Positions 45,740 through 62,200 of a stretch of 64,000 nt of DNA are shown one piece after another. A model generated the notes under the pieces. That model was not told where the DNA came from. It did no database searches and saw only the letters and a list, made by a program, of their open reading frames with translations. How positions within the stretch are numbered: the stretch's first letter is position 1; each line of letters opens with the position of its first letter. The DNA is from the human T2T-CHM13v2.0 reference genome, Homo sapiens. The stretch lies in the NCBI RefSeq assembly GCF_009914755.1, contig NC_060925.1; one strand, given 5' to 3'. The translations under genes were made by a program, and so were the position numbers.

Positions 45740-45960
45740 CATAATAAATGTTATCGCTTATTGAGCTTCTACTCTCAGGCACTGTGCTAAGAACTCTATG
45801 ATTATTATTTTAAAATCACAAAGCAATGCTAGGATATAGGTATTATTGGCCCGATTTTGCAAGGCTAAGAATAACTTGCCTAGAGTTATAGCTGGTAAGT
45901 GGTAATCAATATCTAAATTCAACTTTGACTCCAAGGCTATGCTATTGCCACTGCATTACA
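45740..45960 (-). mobile_element. MIR
   Basis: ttattgagcttctactctcaggcactgtgctaag...aacttgcctagagttatagctggtaagtgg. Confidence 0.75.
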
Positions 45961-46059
45961 AAGGATTATATTCTAGTTAATGTTTAGCTTGTCGGTAAAG
46001 TAATGACTCATACAATATTAGTTAACAGTGATCATCTGATACCAAACATCATAATAAAA

Positions 46060-46805
46060 GGCTGTCCTCAACATCATTAACCAAAATGAAAATTCAAATT
46101 AAATCATGAGATATCACTATAAACCAGTAGAATGGCTAAAATTAAAAAAAGACTTATCATACCAAATGCAGGAGAGGATATACCTAGTCTGACATTCTCA
46201 TACATCGATAGTGAGAATGTAAAATGGTACAAACACTTTGGGAAAGGTTGGCAGTTACTTACAAAGTTAAACAGGTACTTACCATATGACCTTCAATTCT
46301 GCTATTATGTTACTACCCAAAACAAAGGAAAAGCACATGTCCACACAAGGACTTGTATATTGATGTTCATAGCAGCTATATTCACAATAGATCAAAACTG
46401 GAAACAACCCAAATAGGCTGTCAATAGGTGAATGGAAAAATTGTAGTATATCTCTATTATGGAATATTACTCAGTAATACAAAAAGTTGAATCATTGATG
46501 CATGCAATAATATTGACAAATCTTTAAAAAATGTTGAGCCAAAGAAGCCTGACATAAATGAATACATACTGTTTGATTTCATTCATGTGAAATTCTAGAA
46601 CAGACAAAACTAATTTGTAGGGACAGAAAGCAGATTACTAGTTGCCCAGGACCAGGTGTGGAGAGAAGGGAGAAGAAAATATTTGGAATGATAGAAATGT
46701 TCTATATCTTGATTGGGGTGATGAGTGAGTATATTTGTACACTTTCAATTAGTATGTTTTATATTGATGTAAATTTGAATTAAATAAAGTTGATAAAAAA
46801 AAGAT
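46060..46805 (+). mobile_element. L1ME/MB 3' end
   Basis: ORF2 C-terminal remnant (CILMFIAAIFTIDQNWKQPK) followed by 3' UTR and A-rich end. Confidence 0.85.
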
Positions 46806-46945
46806 TGTCAAATGTTTGATACCTCACAAAGACTGAATGCAAAGAAATCCATTACTTGTGTGAATAGCTAAAATAGCCAATTCAGTCATTAAAGTTAAAG
46901 TTAAAGATGACTTCACACTTTAAAGTGGGTATTTTAGTGTTTTAA

Positions 46946-47260
<315 letters not shown>

Positions 47261-47294
47261 TGTTTTAATTTAAATTGAAATACAACCCAGCTAG

Positions 47295-47709
<415 letters not shown>

Positions 47710-47739
47710 AGAAGACAGATTTTTAAAAAGACAATTACA

Positions 47740-48330
47740 ACATAGGGCAATAAGCATTTTAACAAAATTATTTACAAAGTGCTATGGGGCACAAAAGAAA
47801 AGTTACACAATGTTGGCTTAAGCAAATGGGTGGAAAAGGGGCAGACTTGAAGGAGATGATGAGTTTCATTTTGTACATGTGAGCTAAAGGTGTCTCTGAT
47901 ATAACAAGTGCGGATGTTGACTAAGAGTTTGGATGTAAAAATTTGGAGTTCCCTTGCTGCTAAGGGAAGAGATTTGTGACTTACCAGCACGCATGTGGTG
48001 GTTGAAGTCACGGAAATGGATGAGACTGCTAAGAGAAAGTGTAGGATGAGGAGAGAGCTGAGACAGAAATACGAGGGAGGAGGAGGAACCTTTGGAGAAG
48101 TCTGAGAAGGAGTAGCCAGAGCTGTCATGGAAACCAAGATAGAGAGAATTTTGAGTCAGAGAGAGTATTTCCTATGTCAACTGCTGCAAAGAGATCAAGG
48201 AAGATAAGGATTTAATAACTAGATGGACACAGATGAGGGCCGTGGAAGTGGGAGCAGAGGCCAGACTGAATAGCGAGGACGTGGAAGCAGTGAGCTGTAA
48301 AAGGCAGACGTAGCAAGAGTCAGAGAGGAC
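47740..48330 (-). mobile_element. L2 fragments
   Basis: gatgatgagtttcattttgtacatgtgag...ggttgaagtcacggaaatggatgagactgc...tgtcatggaaacc. Confidence 0.6.
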
Positions 48331-49304
48331 CATGGGGTGGGAGTTTAATAAATACCGAAAAGCCTGAACCCAGAGAAGTGAATGGCTGACCTTTCTGATA
48401 GACTTGATTGTAAAATTCAGGCAAGCATGCAGATTTCATCTCTACTCATGAGAATTCAGTTAGCAAAACTAATTCAAATATAAAACGGAAAATCTTAGCT
48501 TGGACCCAGGTCTGGAGAACCACCCCTACAACTGCCCTTTGTTTCCATAAAATAACAGCTACCATTATTGAGCCCCTCCAAGTGCCTGGCACCGGGTTCA
48601 TGACTTCTGTAGACTGGTCTTTGTGGCTTGTCTGCCTCTGGGTACCACAGTAAGTACAAACTCCAGATACTTTTTTGTTTGTTTTTTTTAAGTTATTTGA
48701 GGTGAAAGAAAAAGAGACTGAAATCAGAGGCCAAACACCCATTAGAAGAATGCTGTTCTTGGAAGGCACTTTGATAGAAATTATTTTCATGCAGAAACCT
48801 AGCTCCTTTTTGGTGCTGCCCATGCATTTAAGGTATCACACCAGTCCTGTAGCCCCAGGGCCAAGCCAATAGCTGTGCTGAATCGCCCCTTGCGAGCATG
48901 GAATTGCCACTGTGTGTTGCTTCCTGCTGAAGGTGGCCACTGTGGCCGCTGCTACTTTCCTTTTGGAGGCACGACATGCAAAAGTGAGCATTAGTCTGGA
49001 GAGTGAAACTGGCTCTATTTTATTGCATTTCAAATCCTAAGTAGAAGATTAAATGTTCTACATGCTCTGCTATTAAGACCCTAATTCCAATATTTATCAC
49101 TCCTGCCAGGGTCTCAATTTCCAACTACCAAATGAAAGGGCACTGCATATTAACCTACATTTGGGAGCATTTGTGAGTACATGCCATCAAAATTCTATTT
49201 ATGCTTCATAATCACATACATTGCTCAGTGTAATTTATATGTAGAGACTGTTTGCTTAATAAAAAGAGAGCTAACGATTTTTGTTTGACTAAAGCATGCA
49301 GTTA

Positions 49305-49630
<326 letters not shown>

Positions 49631-50719
49631 AGATTTCCAGTAGAGTCAGTTATCCAGCATGCTTTTAATTTAGCCCAATGCTACCTACTTTAATTTGCAT
49701 TTGTTCTTTCAATGTGCTCAGTTAAAAATAAAATAAAACTATTATCTAAGATAATATCTTTAATTTAAGGTTTTAATGATTTAATGAAAGCAAAACTAAA
49801 CAACAACAAAACCCTCAATAACAACCCAGTAAACATTTAAACCAAAAAGTTATAGACCAAAAAAAAGTCCTATTCTACTTAAGGCCAGGTTAGAAAAGAA
49901 TCTAATCTAATAATCTAATGTACTATAGCTAATGTATATAAATGCAGAGTTATTCCTAAGCAATGTTTCTGTTGTTTTAGGGTAGATATCAATTATTAAA
50001 TAATGTTGCCTGACACAATCATTCCTAGTGAATGATTTTTATGAAACTAAGTTCTGAGAGAACAAAGGAATTTTATTTTACAATAAAATATTTTAAAACA
50101 TTCTTAGTTTAACAAAATAGCTACAGATATATTCTTTATTTCTTTATTTCCAAAGAATCTATAGTAAGACATAGGCACAAATTGGATCGAGAAAAAGCAG
50201 CAGATAAATTAGAAACCAGTTTACGAAGAAACTCAAGAAAGAACAGTGGTACTTTGCCTTTTCAAATGATTTGCATAAAATAATTCAAGCATGTCCAAGG
50301 TCTGAAGCAATTGTCAGATGTGCAGGACTCGGGACTCAGTGAAAATGAATCCAGCTCAAAGGAAAGAGGAAAGCCATGTGGGAGTCCATTAATGGACCCT
50401 CAAATTTTTAGTAAATGTTAATCTTTATGACTTAAGGAAAAAAGAAACCTTATAAGTGAAATAGTCTGACCACCAATAGCGATATCCTCTTGGCAGAATG
50501 GGCATAGGTTTCCGAAATAGTCTGTGCCATATTGTCTTCCTTTTAAATCTATTAGATACTGTGGATAAACATTAGGATGACAGCGTTTTAATGAACCTAC
50601 ACTGCAGTTCTATGACAGGCCCTCTGGCCTCAAAGACTTCTGAAGACCTTCTGTCCCTAGAATCAAAGTTTCTATCCTTGTTCAATCAAATTTTCCTGAG
50701 GAGTGAAGAGGAAACAGTG

Positions 50720-50900
50720 ACCCCTTACTATACTCTAGGCAGTCAGATGTGCAATCTCATCTAATCCCCACAGGGTGCTTTGTTGAATATCTCCATTTCA
50801 CAGATGAGGAACCTCAGTTTCAGAGGCATTAATTAACTTAACCAAGGTCACATAGCTGATTATATTGAAGGATCTCAATATGAATACCTTGGTTCTGTAG
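50720..50900 (-). mobile_element. MIR
   Basis: ctccatttcacagatgaggaacctcag...ccaaggtcacatagct. Confidence 0.75.
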
Positions 50901-51858
50901 AAAACACCGGGTGAACTCCCAGGACTTCTTTATTTGATTTGGTAGATTTTTTTTTAAAAAATCATATACATGAGCTATCCTTTAAAAGAAGACAGGCCTG
51001 AAATGTTAATATTTTTGAAACATAAGAGAAGACCTTGGCCTCGGCACACATCCCCTGACCCTGTTTTGCTCCATGCAGCTATGCATCTAAAGAATCTCTA
51101 GAACATGCTGGCAATTCTTAGAGAGCGACTCTGAGACTTTGTATTCCCCAGATATGTCCAGGGACTGAGCAGGTTCAGATCATTTTCTGTGGCTTCAGGT
51201 GACAGCAAAAGAACCAGACACAGGGAAAAGTTGCCCTTGCTTGAAGCTGGGGAGAGAGACCACAACTGCTATGGTTCTCCGCAGATACTAGGTCAGTGGA
51301 CACTTGTGAGTTTCCCTGGAGAGGCACATCTGCTTCCTAACTGCTCAGTGTTATTAATAAGAAACATACCTAAAAGGAAAGGACAAAGAAAGGGCAAAAA
51401 TAAGTGACTATTAAATATATACTATGAATATACATGCAAAAAGAAAAAAAGTCACAATATTAACGTTAGACTAAATAAGAATTCAAGGAAAAAGAGGTAC
51501 ATTATGAAATGACAAGAGGCACAATTCAAAAAGAGATAACATACCACTTTTTGTGCCAGGCAATATTAGACCAAAGAAACTCATAGAAAATGAAGGACAA
51601 CTTTAGAAACATAATAAACACAATAAAAATATTTATCCTACAAACAAAGAATACATATTATTTCTCTAATTATAATATTTGGTTATATATTTGGTTACAA
51701 AGAACCCTAATACATCCTAGAAAGCAGGAATGTTTTCAGGCCTTATTTTCTGACTATAACCTAATAACTAGAAATCAACAATTAAAAAGCAGTAAAAACA
51801 TAAACACTGGAAATTAAGAAACACTCAAAATAATCTTAGACCGAAGTAAAAAACAAAC

Positions 51859-52147
51859 TTTTTTTCATTGAGATTCTTGCTCTGCCAATCAGGCAGAATG
51901 GAGTGCAGTGGCATGATCATAGCTCACTGAAATCTTCAACTCCTGACTCAAACAATTCTCCAGCCTCAGCCTCCCAAGCAGCTGGGACTACAGATGTGCA
52001 CACCATGCTTGGCTAATTTTTATTTTTTTGTAGAGATAGGGTCTCACTCTGTTTCCCAGGCTGGTCTCAAACTCCTGGGCTCAAGCAATAATCCCACCTC
52101 GGCTTCCCCAAATGCTGGGATTACAGGTGTAAGCCACTGCACCCAAA
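51859..52147 (-). mobile_element. AluJ
   Basis: gatcatagctcactg and aactcctgggctcaagc; TSD aaaaacaaacttttt. Confidence 0.9.
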
Positions 52148-52596
52148 CAAAAACAAACTTTTTAGAAAGTAACGAAAAGACCACTTTATATTAAAATATG
52201 TGAGATGTAACCAAGGCTAAATTCAGAGAAAAACTTACTTATTCCATACTTTATGATTAAAAATAAAGACTAAAATTAAATGATTTAACTTTAAGTATTA
52301 GAAAAATACCAAAGTAAACTAAAAAAAGTAAGAGACTTGAATTAATAAAGATAAAAGATTAAAATAATGAAGAAAATAGAAACTAGCAAAAAAGAAAAAA
52401 AATGGAAAGACCCAGTAAATCTCCTTAAAAAGAAGAGAAAACAAAAACATGTGAGATTAGCAATGAGAAAGATACCACGGATACCGAATAGGTTAAAAGA
52501 ACTATAAGAAAATATTATGTGTTTCTGTATGATAAACAATTTGAAAATCTAGAAGAATTGTATGATTTCCTATAAAATATAAAGTGCCAAAGTTGA

Positions 52597-52990
<394 letters not shown>

Positions 52991-53479
52991 AGAGAGAGAT
53001 GCCAGATAAAAATGTAAGAAGACAAAAACAGTTTTGTAATTGGGTTAGATTTTACTCTTAAAATAGGTAATGCCTATATTATTTGTGTTACTCCAACCCA
53101 TAGAAAAGATGACAAGCTCCCTGATTCATTTTAGGAAGCTAGCATAGCTATAATATTAAAACCTGATAAAAACAGTACAAACCATGAAAGCGAATATAAA
53201 CCCACAAAAAGGATCAATGGGAACTATATTTGCAAGAAATATATGGGAATAATACAAAGATTCTCACTGTATAATTGCTGCTGCAGTGCTGAGACACATG
53301 AAGTGGAAGCACTCCTGTGTCCAGCTAGGAAATCCTTGGTCAAACCAAGAGACCATTACCTGGGTGAATATTAGCATTTCCAAGAGGAAGTGGAGAAGCT
53401 ACCTCCTATTCAGAAGACGGCATTATCACTAGGAAAGGGAAATACATCTAAAGGCCTTCTGACCAATTGTTTTTGTCTT

Positions 53480-53920
53480 AGCTAAAACGTACTGAAAACT
53501 TACTATGTGTCAGACACTGGGTGAGGAACTTTTGCATTATTTTCTAATTTAATCCCCACAATATTCCTCTGAAGTAAGCACTATTATTATCTCCCATTTT
53601 GAAAATGAAGAAGCAGACTTCCCAATGTCACACAGCAATAAAGTGGCAGAGCCAGGATTGGAATCCTAATATGAATCCAGTCCTGAACCATTCTACGTAG
53701 ACTCTCCCTAAGCCACCCTGCTGGCCTCTACCACCATCCCCGCTGTCTTTGTACGTACTACTCTTTTTGCTTGGAACACTTAACTAAAATAGTAATAGCA
53801 GTTGTAACAACACTAAAGGTTGGCTGCCATTGAATGATGAGTGTGTTCCAGGCATGGTGCTAGACGTGTTATATGCACGTCTCATTAAATCCTCCTAACA
53901 GCCCCATAAGGTAGTTATTA
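53480..53920 (-). mobile_element. Two MIR fragments
   Basis: tactatgtgtcagacactgg...attattatctcccattttgaaaatgaag; ccaggcatggtgctag...taacagccccataaggtag. Confidence 0.7.
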
Positions 53921-54879
53921 TACAACAAAGCATGATGTATATTCAACAAACCATGATGAACTATGTATTCCAAAGGCACAGTGGAAGGATTTGGGAGGGA
54001 AGTGGCTGGTGAAAGACTGGTTCAAATCAGTGTTCTGAAAGAAAATATCTTGGTAGACAGCAACATGGTGTATCAGCCTAATATATTTCATAAGGAGAGT
54101 AGAAAAAGAAAAACCTCAATTTCTAAGATTACATTTTTACCTATAGTTTTGCTACCATTAAATGGTCATTAAGCAAGCTAAAAGAAGCTGTTGAAAAGTC
54201 TTGGTGGACCAGCATTAAAAATATTTCACATGTAGCTAGGAAGATATATGAATCAGCTAATCATAAAATAAAACCCTGCTTAGAAAAAGAGAGACATCCA
54301 TCTTATGTGACCTCATCAGTTGTATCCTCACTAATTTCAGCATCTATAAATTTGGCATCTTCCAGTAAAGTTAGAAGCTGCTAATACAAAAGAAATCAAC
54401 ACTACATCTTAACTACTCAATATTCCAAATATATAATTGCTTTCATTTACCTATGTTTTTAGTTAATACTTACTCTTACTTGAGTATCATCCTTAATATT
54501 AATTAAGACCTCCCAGTGTACAATGAAGAAACTGTGATAAATAGATATGTAGTTTCAATGTGGAAAACACAGACAAATGCAATTTTTTGTAAGCTTTCGT
54601 TCAAAAATACTTAGGAAACACCACAGAACCTTGGTCTATTAGTATGACTTGGAGGAATACTTGGAACATTTTGGAGTGACTGCATGATTCTGATGACACA
54701 TGGATTCCTGTCTTTCATCTTCTTTCATTTTTATCAGCTTTCCAGGCAATATGTAAAATTGCCAAGCCAGGAAAGGAGCAGTCTTGCTCCAAGCTTGTGG
54801 GGCACACTTTTGACCCCCTATTGATTGAAGCCAGGAAGCCTGAGGAGAGGCAAAAGCTCCCAGATCCTTGTGTGAAGTG

Positions 54880-55148
54880 GGGTGGAGTGGGGAATTTTCC
54901 ACCCGTAAAGAGGGTTGGAGACATCAGGATTTTTGTTTCCCAGGTGATTCTTTGTGCAGCCAGTTTGAGACCACTGCTCTAGAGACTTTCTTTTCAAAGT
55001 GTGTTCTGTGGACCAACAGCATCAACATCACCTGAAAGCTTGTTAGAAATTGAGAATCTTAGGTTGCACCCCAGACCCATTGAATCATAATCTGCTTTTG
55101 AACAAGCTCTCTGGGTAATTCAAAAGCATATTAAAGTTTGAGTACAAC
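54880..55148. mobile_element. Adjacent MER5A/MER5B (hAT-Charlie) fragments
   Basis: cccaggtgattctttgtgcagccagtttgagaccactg; caaagtgtgttctgtggacc...cttgttagaaat...aaagtttgag. Confidence 0.75.
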
Positions 55149-57388
55149 AATGAGTGCAATGATCCAACAGGTAAGAGCTGATCCAATACTTTGATGCCAT
55201 TTTACCTCTTGACCCTACAGCCAGTCTATAATAAAATATAGTTTTGTCTTGAAAGGACTCAGTCTTGAACTTACAGATGCCCTATTCTTCCAACTAGATA
55301 ATAAGACTTTAGAGGACAAGGATCCTACCTAGTTTCTTCTGATAATTGCAGAATCTAGCATGGTGCCTCACAGGTAGTGAGTATATAATAAGTGTCTCTT
55401 GATCATGCCAGTAGAAGTAGTAGCACTTTGAAATTAGGAACCAGATTTTGTTAAGGAACCATAGATCTCATGGCACTAAATATAATATACCAGGCTTTCC
55501 TTGAAAGTTTGGTGAATATTAATTAGGAAAGAGAATAATTCTATTGGTTTCCTGACAAACTCTTGGCAGTCTGTGGACTTTTAGCAAACTTAATGGTCAG
55601 AAATACATTTCAAAATTCCTCCAAATCACCATTATCACCACAGCCACCAAGTGCCCAATTGTTTCTTTTATCCGAATACACTGAGGAGGCCTGTGGATTA
55701 TTACTGTTTCATTACTTCTCTCTGTTTACAGTTTTAGAGTGCAAATTGAAACTGAACTTTAAAGAAAAAACAACTTCCTAAAACTATTCTGTAGAGAAAA
55801 GGCAATGAAAGGTGAGACAAATTGTGAGATAAATTTATTGATAACAAGATTTTTTTTCCAGTATAAATGACTCACTCATTCAAATATGTTGAAGATATGC
55901 CACATGAGTAAAGATTTTGTACATTTTGCTTCTTTGGGTTTGTTGTTGCCATGAATGCACTAATACAGCGTTCTGAAACCTCTTCCCTAGAGCAAATTTC
56001 ACAGATGTCCAGCCAAATAAATTGCTATTTCTAGCTTGACTTTTTCTGGCAACAACAAGAATTTCACATTCTGAGCCCATAGTATAAAAATATAAAGAAT
56101 CTTTATCATTTAGTGAAGCTTAAAATATGTCAGGCCCTGTGTTAAGTATTTTCATTCTTTGTTTCACTTAATTCTAAACAGCCCTATGGTACATATGTAT
56201 CATGAACCCCACTTTTCAGGAAAAGAAACTGAGGCTTAGAAAGCTTAATTTAGTCGTTCTCAACCAGCCAACAGAGACCAAACTGTTCTCCAATACTGTT
56301 CACGGTTATTGAAGGTCAGAACGTTTTTTCCCAGTGACATCTCTTAGCCTGAGCTGGAATTCTGTGGAGCATACAGGGTGGCAGAAGCCTGGTCTATGGA
56401 GCTGCTGTAGCTTTAGCTTCTTCTTCTTGCCCAAGCAAAATGCCTTGTTGGCAGGATCATCTAAGTAGAAAATGTCGCTATCTGCTATCTGGCAGAGACT
56501 CCATACAGTACCAAAGATTTTTAGGAAGGAACCAACTTCCTGCTTCCAGGTTCTACCCCCTAACTCTCCACAATTCTTAGTCCTCTGAGAAGGAGATGGT
56601 GTGCAAGGAATGTTGCAGAAATTATTAATTTCTTAATCTGGATGGAATAAATCTCTTAATCCATCCCCTTTTAACAACAGCAAAAAAAAATCCAGACTTC
56701 ATGTACTGTATTGCTTTTGTCATATACAGTCATTGCCTATTGCCAGAAATAATGTATGTTTGCTTAAGACTTAATAATCCTATAATTTTTAAAATTGTGT
56801 GAGTTCAGATAGTTCTTTATATTGTGTAAAAATGACAGAATTCTTTATATTTCCAAAGTTAGTTATGAAGATAAGATGACCTGTCTATAAAACGGATAAC
56901 CAAAAATATTATTTAACACAAACAGCATGGAAAGCACGGCTGAAATGTAAAAATATTTTAGTCATTAGAGAATCCTGTGATCTCCATGCCTGGACAGGTC
57001 ACATGAGCCTTACATTTAACATGCATATGTTAATGGAACATAGAAATGCCTCTCATTTCCACTTCAAGAAAGAAATCATCTGACTGAATGCATCGTCATT
57101 TATTGAGCCACTGTCTCACTTTTGAATATGCTCAGCTTTAGGCAAAAATATGTCTGCATAAACTCATGTGATTAGTGAACCTTAATAGATGTCTTTTTTA
57201 ACTAAAAATACATAGTAAATCTAATCAAATTAAATACCTATGGGAAATTTTACTTCAGCCCAATAAGATTACATGTAGGAATAGATAAACTCTGTAAGAC
57301 TAAAATTTAATAAAACATTTATTACTAATTTATGTCCCTTTCAGAAATAAGATTAGTAAAACTGATACTAACGTTTAAACTCAAGTTA

Positions 57389-57707
<319 letters not shown>

Positions 57708-58336
57708 TCAAGTTACTCTTAATAGGGCAAGATCAGAAATGGGTAAGCTCATCCAGAGACTGAAATAACCACCATTGCGTGAGTTTGAACAAACCGAATT
57801 CTCAGCTCCTCCAAGAGGAGGCTGATGTTCAAATGCAGGCTTTTAAAATTCTCTTCACCTAAAGAATTATTTGCATTTCCAGGAGGAATGAGTTCAGTTT
57901 GATGGGATGACAATAAACTGCCTTGGATCAGCACAAATTTGGAATGGTTCCTTTTCCACATTTTTCATGTTAGATATTATCCCTAGTGTAGCATATTTGT
58001 GTGTCAAATGGATGCTTGGAAAATGTCATCATCCACTGGACATCAGGAGAGTTTAACTTTGGCCCAATGCCAGTTTCAGTGGATGAATATACATATATTT
58101 CAGAAGAATTCTTCAAGTAAAATATCAATAGGAAGCCTGAAAATCAACATTTGTTTTCCAAATGTCCACATTGTCCATATGTATTTACTCAAGTCTTTAT
58201 TGTTAAATTTTTGAAAGAAAAGTGATGAAGTTCTGCCATGCTACAGTATTACAAAACCAAAATTAAAAAAATTGATAGCGTGCTTAGATGAAAAAAAAGG
58301 GAGGGGGGTGTATCATGATTAAGAACACAAGCTTTG

Positions 58337-58661
<325 letters not shown>

Positions 58662-59289
58662 TCAACAAGGTCCTTGAGCTTTCTGCACCTACTGATGACA
58701 TGGAGTAATTATACTCACCTCATGAGATTGTTATGAGATTACATAAGATCATGTGTGCCAAGTACTGAGTACATTGACTGACTCATTCTAGGAAATTCAA
58801 TATTAACAAAATATTCTCATCAATAATTTTCATTATAGAAAATGAATGTGAATACTCAGTTTAAATTGTCTTTGTCACCTTCATGTGTGGTTCAAGGAAA
58901 TTTCTGTAGACTGCTAGTTCAAAGGCCTTGAAAGCCTTGGAAACTAGAAGACTTCTTGTCCTATTCTCTCCCTACACCATAAATAATCTGAAGAAAAATT
59001 GAAAAGGTTAGAATTCTGCAAGACTGTTTCTGTTTGCAATCTCCAATTCAATGCTTGTGATAGTTTGTGTACATTAAACCTACTTCTAAAACATGGGTTC
59101 AGAGCATCTCTAAAGGGAAACAGAGGCTTATCCATTAGAGGGCATTTTGTCGGAATTTTAGTGGGTGTTCAAAATCCAATCATTGTAGACTAAGTCCAAT
59201 GCAACAGAAATTTTTTTCCCAACTGGTAGGCCTATTTGAATAATAATCTAGTTGATTTTGAAAATCACAGTCAAGATTTCAAATACTAT

Positions 59290-62200
59290 TTTATAACCCA
59301 TTATTTTAAGGTGATAACATTCTTTGCATAAACAAATAAACAAAAGGAACACTAATAAAAACTCTATACTTTGACTCTCCCTGCTTTTTAACTTTTTGTT
59401 GTTTCAATTTATATCTTGCTGTACTATGGCTTGAAAAGTTGTAGTTATTATTTCTGATTCATTCAACTTTTAGTCTTTCTGTTTAAGATAAGAGTAGATT
59501 ACACACCACAGTTATGGTGTTATCATATTTTCTGTTTTTCTATGTACTTACTATTACTAGTGAGTCTTGTACCTTCAGATGATGTCTTATTGCTCATTAA
59601 TGTCCTTTTCTTTCTTATTGAAGTACTCCCTTTAGCATTTCTTGCGGGATGGGTCTGGTATTGATAAAATCCCTCAGCTTTTGTTTGTTTGGGAAAGTAT
59701 TTCTCCTTCATGTTTGAAGAATATTTTCACTGGATATACTATTCTGGGGTAAAAGTGTTTTTTTTCTTTCAGCACTCTCTCCTGGCCTGTAAAATTTGCA
59801 CTGAAAAGTCTGTTGCCAGACGTATTGGAACTCCATTGTAGGTTATTTGCTTCTTTTATCTTGCTGCTTTTAGGATTCTTTCTTTACCCTTGACCTTTGA
59901 AAGTTTGACTATTAGATGTCTTGAAGATGGGTCTGGTATTGATGAAATCCCTCAGCTTTTGTTTGTCTGGGAAAGTATTTCTCCTTCACGTTTGAAGAAT
60001 ATTTTCCTGGATATACTATTCTGGGGTAAATGTGTTTAACTTCTTTAAGTTAAATCTGCTTGGTATTCTATAACCTTCTTATACTTAGATCTTGATATCT
60101 TTCACTGGGTTTGGAAGTTCTCTGTTACTATCTCTTCGAATAAACTTTCTACCCCTATCTCTTTCTCTACCTCCTCTTAAAGGCCAATAACTCTTAGATT
60201 TTCCCTTCTGAGGCTATTTTCTAAATCCCACAGGCAAGCTTCATTGTTTTTTATTCTTTTTTTTCTTTTGTCTCCTCTGACTGTATATTGCCAAATAGCC
60301 TGTCTTCAAGCTCACTAATTCTTTCTTCTGCTTCATCAATTCTGCTATTACAAGGCTCTGATGCATTCTTCAGAAAGTCAATTGCATTTTTCAACTCCAG
60401 AATTTCTACTTGATTCTTACTAATTATTTCAACCTTTGTTAGATTTATCTGATAGAATTCTGAATTCCTTCCTATGTTATCTTGAATGTATTTTAGTTTC
60501 CTCAACACCGCTATCTTGAATTCTCTGTCTGAAATGTCACATATCTCTGTTTCTCCAGGATTGGTCCCTGGTGCCTTATTTAGTTCATTTGGTTAGGTCG
60601 TGTTTTTCTGGATGGTCTTCATGCTTGCGTATGTTCATCTGTGTCTGTGCATTGAAGAGTTAGGTATTTATTGTAGTCTTCACAGTTTGGTCTTGTTTGT
60701 TTGTACCTACCTTTCTTGAGAAGGCTTTCCAGGTATTTGAAAAGACTTGGGATTGTGATCCATGTCTGCATTGGGGAGCACTCCAAGTCCAGTAATGCTA
60801 TGGTTCTTGCGGACTCACGAAGTACTGCCTTGATGATCTTGGATAAGATCTGGAATAAGTCTCTGAATTATCCAGCAGAGACCCTTATTCTCCTCCCTTA
60901 CTTTCTCCCAAACAATTGAAGTTTCTCTCTCTGTTCTGAGCCACCTGGAGCTGGGGGTGGAGTAACACAAGCACCACTGTGGCCACCACCACTATGACTA
61001 CATTGGGTCAGACCTGAAGCCAGCGCAGCACTGGGTCTCATCCAAGGCCTGTTATAACCACTACCTGGCTACTGCCTACGTTTACTCAAGACCCTGGAGC
61101 TCTACAATCAGCAGGTAGGGAAGCCTGCCAGTCTTACGTACTTTCCTTCAGGGTGGCAAGTTCTCTCAGGCCCCAGAGGGTCCAGAGGTGACATCTGGGA
61201 GCCAAGGACTAGAGTCAAAAACCTTAGAAGTCTACCCGGTATTCTATTGTACTGTGGCTGAGCTGGCACTCAACCACAATGTGCAGCCTTCCCACTCTAC
61301 CCTCCCCTTTCCACAGGCAGAGGAGCCTCACTCAGTGGCCACCACCACAGGCCCATGGGGAGTCCTGCCAGGCTGCTGTCAGTGTTCCCTTAAGGCCCAA
61401 GGGCTCTTCAGTCAGCTTGTCATGAACGCTGCCTGTACTGGGATTCACACTTCGGGGCAGTGGGCTCCACTCTGGCCCAGCACAGTTCCAGAGATGCCAT
61501 CCAAGAGCAGTGGCCTGGAATCAGGGACCCCAAGAACCTGCTTTGTGCTCTACCCTGCTGTGGCCAAGCTGTTACCAAGGGTGCAAGGCAAAACCCCCTA
61601 ACTGTTCCCTCTGAGTTTCTCAAGCAGAAGGAGTCTTCTCCCCTTTAGCCACCACAGCTGGGAATGTGTGAAGTTTCACCTGGAGCCAGAAAGTCTCAGA
61701 GTCTCACCCAAGGCCCATAATATACTACCTGGGTATTGCTACTGGTTATTCCGTGCCCACGGGCTCTTTAATCAGCAGGTGATACGTCCTGTCAAGACTG
61801 AGTTCTTCCCTTCAAGGCAGCAGGTTCCCTTGTGGCCCAGGGTGTATCTAGTAACATTGTCCAGGAGCTAGAAAGGGGGCCTCAAACTCTGACTGGTGCC
61901 CTATCCTACTGTGACTGAGCAAAAAAGTCCTCCCCACTCATCCCTCTCCTTAAGCAGAAAGAGAAAGGGCCTCTTTTGGAGCCACGAGCTGTGCAGCCTG
62001 GGGTTGGGGGAGGGGTGGCGTACGCACTCCCTTAGCTGCCCCAACTACTGGCTCAGTAGGTCCCATGCTGCCCCCATTCATTAGCTCTGAGCCCAGTTCA
62101 GCCCTAAGGCTCTCCTATGAGTTGCAGTCCTTGTGGCCTAGACTACCTTTCAAGTTTATTTAATACCCCAGGGCACTTTAGCTTACAGTGGCAAGGGTTG

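Noticed and set aside
48860-49030. CCAAT and CTCF-like motifs in unique sequence
   Set aside because: Only the 3' half of the CTCF consensus matches, with no CpG island or other support
55160-55180. Strong donor-like CAG|gtaaga after MER5
   Set aside because: No convincing upstream acceptor; isolated motifs of this kind are common
60701-62084. Plus-strand ORFs up to 137 aa
   Set aside because: Antisense to a decayed L1 5'UTR, with no evidence of coding function
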